Shown in pieces: positions 1-8,589 of a stretch of 12,058 bases of DNA. Each line of letters begins with the position of its first letter. Within the stretch, counting starts at the first letter, position 1. Source of the stretch: Methanobacterium sp. (GTDB lineage: Archaea; Methanobacteriota; Methanobacteria; Methanobacteriales; Methanobacteriaceae). Under the pieces are notes generated by a model, which ran no database searches, had not been told where the DNA came from, and worked only from the letters and a program-made list of their open reading frames with translations. The position numbers and the translations under genes were made by a program. The DNA lies in the NCBI GenBank assembly GCA_003166335.1, contig PMWA01000110.1, positions 705 to 12,762 of the forward strand. Reading direction: 5' to 3'.

Positions 1-755
1 TTTATATGAAAGGGAAAATACAGGGTATATTTAACTCCAATAGGTTTAAAACATATTATTGTTCAATAATGTTAATTATCCTATTAGGAGTTGGAGTTTT
101 CAGTTTTTTTACGGATTCTTTTATTGTGACTGAATTCATTATTATAATAGCTTTATTTTTCGGATATGAATTATTAAAGGATATTAACATTAAGTATTTA
201 GATATTGATTTTTTACTTATATCATGGTTTGCGGCTTTTTTCATATTCCATAGTGTTATTCCACTTAAAGCGGATCGTTATTTTATAACTATGATTCCTG
301 CATTAACTTATTTCATTATTTTAGCCTTTACTGTTATTATAGAGAAATATAAGTTCCAATTTAAGCAGGTTAAGTTAAGATCTTGGGGTTTATATGCTAT
401 TGTAGGATTAATTTTTATTTCATCCTCTATCGCTGTACATTCTGATAATGCATTTGTTCATGGTTCTGGTTATACGATTCAAGGCACTAGTGATTGGTTA
501 GAACATTATGATCCGAATTACATGAATGAAAATATTTATTCAAATGATGATCCTGCATTTACCTGGGGTCTTAAAAAAGAAGTAATAATTGGAGTGCCCA
601 GTTCATATGTTAGTCCCACAGCATTTTCCGATTATTTAACGAGTAATAATGCAGATTATTATATAGATTCCTTCAGTGAACCTAAATTGGATATCCCCGG
701 TTATCATATCATTAAGAATATAAGTACAACTAGTATTTATCAAAAAAATTCATAA
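1..755 (+). CDS. GT-C fold membrane glycosyltransferase (GT39/ArnT-PMT-like), 3' part; gene begins upstream of the window
   Basis: Positions 1-755 align without gaps to 1901-2655, the 3' part of the next gene, so the ATG at 6 is an internal Met. It shows hydrophobic helices, a K-x-D-R-Y motif and a soluble C-terminal domain (ADYYID...IPGYHIIK). Confidence 0.85.
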   Translation, partial: YMKGKIQGIFNSNRFKTYYCSIMLIILLGVGVFSFFTDSFIVTEFIIIIALFFGYELLKDINIKYLDIDFLLISWFAAFFIFHSVIPLKADRYFITMIPALTYFIILAFTVIIEKYKFQFKQVKLRSWGLYAIVGLIFISSSIAVHSDNAFVHGSGYTIQGTSDWLEHYDPNYMNENIYSNDDPAFTWGLKKEVIIGVPSSYVSPTAFSDYLTSNNADYYIDSFSEPKLDIPGYHIIKNISTTSIYQKNS

Positions 756-960
756 AAAAATCTGAAAAAAAATATGCTCAGAAAAAATGATCTAGCAATT
801 TATAAGCGAAACTGAAGTTTTAGAAGTTTATTTGGGATTTAAAAACCTATAATTGTAGGATGTTCTTTAAATGGTTATAATTACTTTGATTTATAATAAT
901 AAACTTAAAATTAATTAATCGAATCCTAATTTTTTTTAATTATTGTTTTGGTGACGGGAA

Positions 961-2655
961 TTGAAGAGTGTAAATGAAATTTATTCTAGATTAAAGGACT
1001 TATATCAATATACCTTGTTCAAGTTATTAATAATCACAATAATTATAACAACGTATTTGATTATTGATCAGGTGTACTTAGGTGTTCCCTATTATGATGT
1101 TTATGTATACTTAAATAACGCTCTTATCTTCGCGGGAATACCTGTGGGGAACATTAGTGTAATCTATTTATCCCCATTAATGCCCATTTTAACTTCCCTA
1201 TTTTTCAGGGCAGGTCTTATTTCAGTAAACACTATTTTCATATTAGATGGAATTGTATTCATATTCGGAGTAATTGGTCTATACTTATTATTCAGAGAAC
1301 GTTTCACTGAAATTCAAAGTACAGTAGGTTGTTTAATATTTATTTCATTCCCTTTAATATACTCCTGGGCCGTTTCTGGTGGAATAGATGTTCCCGGAAT
1401 CTCATTCTCAATATGGGTTATATATATACTAGTTTTAGGTGCAAAAAAGAATCCTAAATACCTATATCTTGTTTTCCCAATGTTAAGCGTAGCCTTTCTT
1501 GTAAACTACACCTCAATAATTCTAGTTTTCCCCATATTCCTATATTTAGTAATCAATAAAGATTTAATAAAGAACATTAAAAAAATTGGAGCTGGTTTTT
1601 TAGCTGGTTTAATCCTTATAATTCCATTTTTAACATATTTTTATATGAAATTAGGGACTTTAAATTCTTTAATAAATATATTCACTTCTACTATATTTGG
1701 CTCTGGATCAGCTGTAAATGATGTAGGTTATAATCCGCATAGATTATACTATTTAACGCATATATTAAATTACATCAGTGTAGGTCCCATTACAGGTTAC
1801 TATGGTCAAATATTAAACCCTTCCACAGGATTTCCATCGATTTTATCCTATATTACAGTTGGAATACTTGTATTAGGTTTGGGAATATACTTATATCAAA
1901 TTTATATGAAAGGGAAAATACAGAGTATATTTAACTCCAATAGGTTTAAAACATATTATTGTAGTATAATGTTAATAATCCTATTAGGAGTTGGAGTTTT
2001 CAGTTTTTTTACGGATTCTTTTATTTTAACTGAATTCATAATGCTACTAGCATTGTTTTTCGGATATGAATTATTAAAGGATATTAACTTTAAGTATTTA
2101 GATATTGATTTTTTATTTCTTTCATGGTTTGCGGCTTTTTTCATATTCCATAGTGTTATTCTACTTAAAGTGGATCGTTATTTTATTACTATGATTCCAG
2201 CATTAACTTTTTTCATTATTTTAGCTTTTACTGTTATTATTGAGAAATATAAGTTCCATTTTAAGCAGGTTACTTTAAGATCTTGGGGTTTATACTTTAT
2301 TGTTGGACTAATTTTTATTTCATCCTCTATTACGGTTCATACGGGTCATTCATTTATTCATGGTTCTGGATATACGATTCAAGGCACCAGTGATTGGTTA
2401 GAGAAGTATGATCCTAACTATAAGAATGAAAACATTTATTCAGATTATGATCCTGCATATACTTGGGGTCTTAAAAAAGAAGTAATAATTGGAGTGCCCA
2501 GCTTATATGTTAGTCCCACAGCATTTTCCGATTATTTAACCAGTAATAATGCAGATTATTATATAGATTCCTTCAGTGAACCTAAATTGGATATTCCCGG
2601 TTATCATATCATTAAGAATATAAGTGAAACCAGTATTTATCAAAAAAATTCATAA
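961..2655 (+). CDS. GT-C fold membrane glycosyltransferase (glycosyltransferase family 39-like), 564 aa
   Basis: TTG start after GGTGACGGGA. Many TM helices, an acidic first loop (YYDVYVYLNNALIFAG), SPLMP, GGIDVP, KVDRY and a C-terminal extracytoplasmic domain; this architecture matches the GT39-like family expanded in Methanobacteriaceae. Confidence 0.85.
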   Translation: MKSVNEIYSRLKDLYQYTLFKLLIITIIITTYLIIDQVYLGVPYYDVYVYLNNALIFAGIPVGNISVIYLSPLMPILTSLFFRAGLISVNTIFILDGIVFIFGVIGLYLLFRERFTEIQSTVGCLIFISFPLIYSWAVSGGIDVPGISFSIWVIYILVLGAKKNPKYLYLVFPMLSVAFLVNYTSIILVFPIFLYLVINKDLIKNIKKIGAGFLAGLILIIPFLTYFYMKLGTLNSLINIFTSTIFGSGSAVNDVGYNPHRLYYLTHILNYISVGPITGYYGQILNPSTGFPSILSYITVGILVLGLGIYLYQIYMKGKIQSIFNSNRFKTYYCSIMLIILLGVGVFSFFTDSFILTEFIMLLALFFGYELLKDINFKYLDIDFLFLSWFAAFFIFHSVILLKVDRYFITMIPALTFFIILAFTVIIEKYKFHFKQVTLRSWGLYFIVGLIFISSSITVHTGHSFIHGSGYTIQGTSDWLEKYDPNYKNENIYSDYDPAYTWGLKKEVIIGVPSLYVSPTAFSDYLTSNNADYYIDSFSEPKLDIPGYHIIKNISETSIYQKNS

Positions 2656-2848
2656 AAAAAAATATTTCAAATTAAAATTATTCCATGCATTATCGATTAG
2701 ATATAAGACAAGGCATAAAAAAATTAGAGTAATAAATAAGTAAAAGAAGGGTTAATCTCTTGAATGATGATATACAATAAAAAGCCGAAATTAGAGTCTT
2801 ATAATGCTTAAGCCTAAGAATAAAACTGTATTTTCTGATAATTCTGAA

Positions 2849-2873
2849 TCAAAACCTGTTAAAAAGGTTTTGA
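2849..2873. terminator. Inverted repeat between convergent genes, probable terminator-associated hairpin
   Basis: TCAAAACCT-gttaaaa-AGGTTTTGA is a perfect 9-bp stem, 50 bp past the nitroreductase stop and followed by a T-tract on the + strand. Confidence 0.45.
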
Positions 2874-2922
2874 ATTCTATTTTTTATAAGTCCTTGTTTT
2901 TCATGGACGTATCCTTGTTTAT

Positions 2923-3528
2923 TTATTTGATGTAGTTTACCACATTTTTGTTTCTTTTAGGAGCTTTATTGTTATGTGAATCTTTATATCCAAATGTGAC
3001 TGCATAGTAAGGTTCATAGTCTTCGGGTAGATTTAATTTTTCAACATTTTTTGGGTTTTGAAAGAAAAATCTTGAAAGTCCTATCCAACATGAACCAATA
3101 TCAACACTTTCTGCTGCGATAAGCATATTCTCAGTAGCTGCACAACAGTCATTAATTGAATATTTAGAATTTTTCCTTCCAGATACGATGATAACAGTGG
3201 GTGCATGGTAGAAAATGTTAAAATTTGGGGATTTTATCATTTTTTCTAACCCTTCATTTGACATATTTTTTGTTAGCTTTTTGGATTCTGAATTTATTTT
3301 ATCGATTAATTCTTTATTTTGTTCCATTAGTTTTTTGGATTCTGAATTCATCATATTAATAAATTCTTTATTTTGTATAATAGTAAAATGCCACGGCTGC
3401 TCATTACTAGCTGTTGGAGCATAGATGGCTGCTTCAAGTATCATTTCAAGCTCTTCATCTTTAATTTGTTCTGGAAGATATTTCCTAATACTTCTTCTAT
3501 TTTTAATTGTTTTTAAAACTTTATTCAC
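2923..3528 (-). CDS. Nitroreductase family flavoprotein (FMN-dependent), 201 aa
   Basis: GTG start with GGAGG RBS; canonical motifs RRSIRKY, APTASNEQPWHF, AATENMLIAAES..IGSCWIG and a C-terminal FGY. Confidence 0.95.
   Translation of the reverse strand: MNKVLKTIKNRRSIRKYLPEQIKDEELEMILEAAIYAPTASNEQPWHFTIIQNKEFINMMNSESKKLMEQNKELIDKINSESKKLTKNMSNEGLEKMIKSPNFNIFYHAPTVIIVSGRKNSKYSINDCCAATENMLIAAESVDIGSCWIGLSRFFFQNPKNVEKLNLPEDYEPYYAVTFGYKDSHNNKAPKRNKNVVNYIK
3273..3376. repeat. 54-bp (18-codon) in-frame tandem duplication inside the nitroreductase
   Basis: ttag.tttttggattctgaatt...aattctttattttgt occurs at 3273-3322 and 3327-3376, encoding QNKEFINMMNSESKKLME and QNKELIDKINSESKKLTK. Confidence 0.9.
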
Positions 3529-3587
3529 TTTACACTCCTCCTACTAATAATAATAAAAAAAATTAAAATATATTTTAGATTATTTTT

Positions 3588-3794
3588 TCATTCTTTAGGA
3601 CCTATATCCCTAAATTTTACTGAGCATGATTCTCCACCTACTCCCCAGTGAGATTTGGGAACCTCATTTATTAGGATTTCCACGGCTTGTGCAGGTACAT
3701 CTACCTCTACAAACACTTTAGTGATATTTTTTATTAAATAATCTATCTTTTCTTGTTCAAAACCTTTCCAGACATTTACTTGAACCATAGGCAT
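3588..3794 (-). CDS. 4-oxalocrotonate tautomerase family protein, 68 aa (start corrected from 3863 to 3794)
   Basis: M-P-M-V-Q-V start gives the catalytic Pro-1 after Met removal. Typical size and pattern (K..LI..IT..F....VP..AV.I.I.EVP..HWGVGG); purine-rich RBS GCGGGATGTGA just upstream. Confidence 0.9.
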   Translation of the reverse strand: MPMVQVNVWKGFEQEKIDYLIKNITKVFVEVDVPAQAVEILINEVPKSHWGVGGESCSVKFRDIGPKE

Positions 3795-4177
3795 TTTTAT
3801 CACATCCCGCTTTTTAAAAGAAAATTCACATTTAATTATTTTTTCTTTAAAACTAATAAACAATTTGCTATCTAGAATCCTCTATTTTATTCTTAAAAAA
3901 AAGGGGGGAATGGATACCTCTAAATAAAATTTAAAGGTATAATCTAAAATATTAGTTTAATATATTAATAGTGAAATCAGGAATCAATGACATGAAAATG
4001 TTAAAAATAAATGGTTACACTGGAATTAATTAAAAACGAGTTCGATAAAAAATTAGGTTAAGAATGGGGGAAAAAATAATTCCTCAACCAACTATTCAAC
4101 AATATTCTCTCATACAATTTGCATTAAAGCATAGTATATAATCTGTAAATACTATTTGGTGTTCATTAATCTATTTT

Positions 4178-4636
4178 TTAGGAATATAGATGATGCTGGA
4201 CACCCGGCTCGACTATGGTCTGCATGTCGAAGTACTCCCGTATCTTCATTATTTTGTTGTTCTGAATCTCGCACACTAATACAATTGATAATTTAAACTC
4301 TGAACCTGGGGTTGGTCTGTCTTTTGAAGCGGGCCAATCTTCCGTGACGATTGCAGTATGAATGTACTCCCAGCATAATCTAGTCTCATCTGTATTAGTG
4401 AATACAATGAACGGGTGAATGCCTCGTTCACTTGTATGATTCCTAGCAGCGACCGATCTTGACGCGAGTTCTCTAATTTGTTCTTTGCCTTGGAATGTTT
4501 CACCGGTGGCCATTATGATCCATTCACTGTCGTCGGTGAAAAGTTTCATTATACCGTCTATGTCATCCGTGCCCATGCATCGTGTAAATTCCCGAACAAC
4601 ACCTTCTTCTAAATCATTGTATTTTATATCTGACAT
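4178..4636 (-). CDS. SnoaL/NTF2-like fold protein, 152 aa
   Basis: Pattern VVREF....DIDG...LFTDD..W......G...IR ... KI..IREYFD is typical of SnoaL-like/NTF2 proteins. Confidence 0.8.
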   Translation of the reverse strand: MSDIKYNDLEEGVVREFTRCMGTDDIDGIMKLFTDDSEWIIMATGETFQGKEQIRELASRSVAARNHTSERGIHPFIVFTNTDETRLCWEYIHTAIVTEDWPASKDRPTPGSEFKLSIVLVCEIQNNKIMKIREYFDMQTIVEPGVQHHLYS

Positions 4637-4831
4637 TTTTTCATCTTTTTTAATTTAAATAGTTATGTAGTTATTTTATTATTAAATTTCATATTGTATA
4701 AAACTTTATTTATTTTTTATTGGAAATAATTTAATATATTTCAAATTATAAATCATTCAATTAAGTCAGACATTTTCTGTATTATAAAATAATAAATTAT
4801 ATTTTATATTTATTGGTGAGGGTTTTTTTAA

Positions 4832-5434
4832 ATGAATGGATTTGAAAGACGACGCCAAAACAAGAAAAATTCCATATTACAGGCGGCTTTACAACTGTTT
4901 AAACAATATGGATACAATAAGGTTACCGTAGCTGAGATAGCGCAAAAAGCTTCTGTTTCACAAGTATCGATATATAATTACTTTAATAGCAAAGAAAACC
5001 TGAAACAGGAATTATTAATTAAACTGATGGATGATTACTATCTTGAAATAGCAAATATTTTAGAAAAACATGATTCTATGAGGCTTAAACTGGAAAAGTT
5101 ACTTATATCAATTGTTGATGTTGTCAAAAGATCTTCCATGCAATTTTTATTGGAATCGGTAGCAAATGATACATTTGTAAATGAATATTATATAGTAAAA
5201 CGTGCGAAAATTAAGAATTTGATAATTAATTTTGTTGAAGAAGGGAAAAAGGAAGGAGTTATTGATGATTCAGTTTCTACAGACGCAATAGCTATCTATA
5301 TAGAAATTTTCCAATACTATTTTAACAATAATACTACAGTCATAGCAAAATTTGATAATAATCCGGAGCTTTTTATGGAAGTACATTCTTTATTCTTGAA
5401 GGGTCTTGTAAGTAAACTAAAATTAAACATTTAA
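4832..5434 (+). CDS. TetR/AcrR family transcriptional regulator, 200 aa
   Basis: N-terminal HTH ILQAALQLFKQYGYNKVTVAEIAQKASVSQVSIYNYFNSKENL; C-terminal EEGKKEG.I; RBS GGTGAGG; divergent from the SnoaL gene. Confidence 0.95.
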   Translation: MNGFERRRQNKKNSILQAALQLFKQYGYNKVTVAEIAQKASVSQVSIYNYFNSKENLKQELLIKLMDDYYLEIANILEKHDSMRLKLEKLLISIVDVVKRSSMQFLLESVANDTFVNEYYIVKRAKIKNLIINFVEEGKKEGVIDDSVSTDAIAIYIEIFQYYFNNNTTVIAKFDNNPELFMEVHSLFLKGLVSKLKLNI

Positions 5435-5497
5435 CTAAAATTTGTTATAGAAAAAAAATATTTCATACAATTTACTATCTAACTAGTTAAGGGAAAA

Positions 5498-6196
5498 ATG
5501 GGGAATTTATTTATGTCTAGAATGTTTTCAGATGATAATTTTCAGCGTAAGTATTTAGGTTTTTTTATAGGTATTTATAATCGGAATAAGATGCTTTTAA
5601 CGATTTCTTTAGTTATTTTTTTTGCATCTTTATTTATAGGTCTTTTTATTGGTTATTTTTCAACGGGCTTTACTGGAAATTTCTTAACAATTATTATTAA
5701 GGGACTTAGTGGACTTATCGTTGAAATAACCACACTTTCAATATTCCTGCATAATCTTCAATCTGTGCTTTTTACATACTTTGGTGGGATAATTGGAATA
5801 ATTCCTGCAGTAGAAATAGCTTTTAATGGATTTATTTATGGAGCTTTTGTGGGATATTTTATGCATGGTGGTATTGTGAGCAATTATTTTGTTAGTAATC
5901 CCGTAGATTTTATTATTTACACTTTACCGCATGGTATATTTGAAATTCCAGGTTTTATTATAGCTGGTGCTGCTGGTTTCAGACTTACAACCCTGGTTAT
6001 AGGAATATTGGAAAGTATAAGCCGAAAAACGCCCATAAGTGAGCATTATTGGAAACTTAAGGATTCTCTAGCATTGCTGGTAATTGCAATAGTCTTAATC
6101 TTTATTGCAGCGATTATTGAAGCTAATATTTCTGTACATGTGGGGAATTACATTACAGGGTTAAATCTCCATGGTCTAGTAAGTATTAATTCATAA
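5498..6196 (+). CDS. SpoIIM/DUF95 family integral membrane protein, 232 aa
   Basis: Motifs IFLHN, NGFI.G, LPHGIFEIPG and AAIIEA with several TM helices. The start could alternatively be the ATG at 5513. Confidence 0.85.
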   Translation: MGNLFMSRMFSDDNFQRKYLGFFIGIYNRNKMLLTISLVIFFASLFIGLFIGYFSTGFTGNFLTIIIKGLSGLIVEITTLSIFLHNLQSVLFTYFGGIIGIIPAVEIAFNGFIYGAFVGYFMHGGIVSNYFVSNPVDFIIYTLPHGIFEIPGFIIAGAAGFRLTTLVIGILESISRKTPISEHYWKLKDSLALLVIAIVLIFIAAIIEANISVHVGNYITGLNLHGLVSINS

Positions 6197-6614
6197 ATTT
6201 ACTGGCGGGGAATAATGAATGCTAATTGAGGCTTATTTGTCATTTCCTCTTTTTTTATCCTAATTCTGTTATATAAATATAGAATGATAGAAAAAAATAA
6301 TTTTCTTGTTAATATACAACATAAACTGATTATTATCCTAGAACTTCCAAAAAGAAAGTTCGAGAATTGATTCCGTATAATTAAGTAATTGCAATAAATG
6401 GGGTGGGATTAAGGGTTTAAAATGGTGTTAACTCTAAGTTAATAATTAATTAAGAAAGAACTACAATCTTAAGCATGCAGTAATCACGACGATTCCATTC
6501 ATTATTTTAATAGCTTTTAAAGAATAATAAAGATAAATAAAGGTTTTATACTCTTCACTCCTTTCACATTAATCAATTTTAACTTTTATTCATTTACATC
6601 TATTAATGCCAGTA

Positions 6615-7055
6615 TCAGTCCCTTCGATCCCTATCATCTCTATTTTCCCTATTGTCTCTTCCATCTCTATAGTTTCTTCGGTTTCTTTGATTTAATCTTA
6701 GTATTAGAGAGCCAATTGCTCCACCTATTGCGCCCACCACTATTACAAGTACTATTTCTTGCAGTGAGTTTAATGGGAGATAAGTTGATAACTGTGCAGA
6801 AAATGCAGCAATTTGACCTTTGAATAAGCTTAATATCCATAAGATTATTGAACCTGCAACACCCATAAGTGCTCCATTAATAATCCCATCAACAATGTCG
6901 CCATTTGAAATGTAACCCACAATTATGCCTGCCACTAAAAAACCAACCAGGGCAACTGGCAATCCCAGAACTGATCCAACTCCTAGAATAGATAAAACTA
7001 CCGTAAATATAATTGCCAAAATAAATCCAATAACCACAGCACCAACACTCACCAT
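6615..7055 (-). CDS. DUF5518-like small membrane protein, 146 aa
   Basis: Gly-rich TM helices (AVVIGFILA, AGIIVGYI....DGIINGALMG, GAIGGAIG); RBS GGAGGG upstream. Confidence 0.7.
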   Translation of the reverse strand: MVSVGAVVIGFILAIIFTVVLSILGVGSVLGLPVALVGFLVAGIIVGYISNGDIVDGIINGALMGVAGSIILWILSLFKGQIAAFSAQLSTYLPLNSLQEIVLVIVVGAIGGAIGSLILRLNQRNRRNYRDGRDNRENRDDRDRRD

Positions 7056-7652
7056 TATCTTATCCCTCCAACATTATTTTATTTTATACCCCGAAATTGA
7101 CCTCAACCAGCAAAATATCATATCGAGCATTTTTTTAACTATTTTTTAATAACCATCCTATCCCCTTATAAAAACTTAATAATATCAATTATTAAATATT
7201 TATGTAATTCCTTTAAAATTAAGTTTATGGTTGTTTTTAGTAATTTAAGGGAATTATTAAAAAATGTGCTTTTTATAGATATTACCGGCGATTTATAAGC
7301 ATTGAAAAATTTTTTAATATAAAAATTATAAATATCACCAAAAAATGCTTATTTAAAAAAACCTGAAAATTATAAAATATTTCAAAGTCTTAGAATATGT
7401 TTGGAATATCTTATAATGTTGCATTTGATTAAATAAGAAAATTAATGGAATCTTGAGGTTTTATAGGAAGGTGAAGTTAGAAGTGATCATTATAATACTT
7501 GTTTGATAGTGATTGCTTCGTGATTAAAATTTTAAATGTCGAGAAATATTTTCATAATTTCAAGAAGATTTATGTTCAAAATATTTCTTCCATAGTTTTT
7601 GACTGTGTTTTATGGTCGTATTAATTTCGAATTTGAGAGATATAAAATAAAA

Positions 7653-8000
7653 TTAGTGTCCAAGTGGTTTAGCCCCGTTTTTCCATTTCCAATCACGAAT
7701 CCAATCCTCAATATCATTTTTATTATCATATGAGGCCATAATATTCATTTGAAGCATTTTAGCGAAGGGTAAAAGTTTGAAGTATGAATTATTGGATTTT
7801 TCCATCTCTTTGGTTGCATATAACAATAACAATTTAGCTTCAGCGATAGCTTCATAATTTTTACTTTTAGTGTTTTTTGTATTAATGAAACTACAAAGTA
7901 AACATTGACTAGAAAGATTGAAGGGATCTCCTATAAATTTATCAAATTCTATAAGTAGTTCATCTACATTCATAATCTTCAGTTTCTCTTCATAACCCAA
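7653..8000 (-). CDS. Hypothetical protein, 115 aa (TTG start at 8000 preferred over 8015)
   Basis: Long open frame in very AT-rich DNA. The track's first codons contain GGAGGTGA, a perfect RBS, 5 nt before an in-frame TTG. No family recognised. Confidence 0.7.
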   Translation of the reverse strand: MGYEEKLKIMNVDELLIEFDKFIGDPFNLSSQCLLCSFINTKNTKSKNYEAIAEAKLLLLYATKEMEKSNNSYFKLLPFAKMLQMNIMASYDNKNDIEDWIRDWKWKNGAKPLGH

Positions 8001-8589
8001 ATTTATCACCTCCATGTACTTACAAATGCCACTTATTTATACTATATCACTCTTTTTATTTGATATAAATTAAATAAAATTTTTTAGAAGACATCAAATA
8101 AGCTGATGAACAGGGATGCTGCAAAAGGTACTGTTGCTAAAAGTACTGCTTAATATAGAGTTTTTCAAAAAAACTTATGTTTTTTTGGTGGTTATTCCAC
8201 TAATTTTTGGTAGTTGATAACTTCTTTTTGGTGTACATCTCAAATTATTTCATCTGTTCTTGCAATTACAGATCCAACTGCACTTCCCCTTAGTATATTA
8301 ACATTCATTTGTTGCAAATATTCTCTCTCTTTTTGGATAGGTTAAAAATCTAAAATTCTTATTCACACTTTTACCATATTTATGTTATGTTTGGCACTGT
8401 TATATCAATAAATATTATGTATTTTATTATATAAATAATTATAATAGCTTATTTTCTACTATAAATCATTATACATCTGTTGTAGTTCTATGGTTATACT
8501 TTTAGAAAAAATTAATAGGAATCAAAAATTAATATCAAATTATGGAAAGAATAAAGGAAAATTTCTAGTAATTTAGGGGAATTTGTAAA

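Larger units (their letters stand above)
1..2660 (+). repeat. Direct gene-scale duplication: 1-~760 versus 1901-~2660, offset exactly 1900 bp
   Basis: Ungapped nucleotide similarity (e.g. tttatatgaaggggaaaata-type start at 1 and 1901; caaaaaaattcataaaaaaa at 741 and 2641). Similarity stops a few bases after the stop codons. Confidence 0.97.

Noticed and set aside
56..244. 62-aa minus-strand ORF and its twin at 1956-2144
   Set aside because: Antisense shadows of the GT genes; they repeat only because the gene is duplicated.
1..2655. DGR template/variable-repeat interpretation of the duplication
   Set aside because: Mismatches are not adenine-specific, both copies are coding over 750 bp or more, and no reverse transcriptase is present.
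3215..3424. 69-aa plus-strand ORF
   Set aside because: Antisense to the nitroreductase; its repeat mirrors the 54-bp duplication.
3795..3863. N-terminal extension of the tautomerase in the ORF track
   Set aside because: Would bury the catalytic Pro-1; the RBS supports the ATG at 3794.
3903..3927. G6 tract followed by ATG GAT ACC TCT AAA TAA
   Set aside because: Five-codon ORF with no other support.
4276..4503. 75-aa alternative-frame ORF inside the SnoaL gene
   Set aside because: Nested in a recognisable gene, no family features; higher GC lowers stop frequency.
5498..6196. Sporulation function for the SpoIIM-like gene
   Set aside because: The SpoIIM/DUF95 family is widespread in non-sporulating bacteria and archaea.
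6341..6361. GAACTT-N9-AAGTTC inverted repeat
   Set aside because: Short 6-bp stem, single occurrence, no supporting context.
6925..7149. 74-aa plus-strand ORF
   Set aside because: Antisense to the DUF5518-like gene; Pro/Thr bias reflects Gly/Val codons on the other strand.
7466..7506. Strong RBS-like GGAAGGTGA followed by a 7-codon GTG ORF (MIIIILV)
   Set aside because: Too short to call; at most a remnant of a lost gene.
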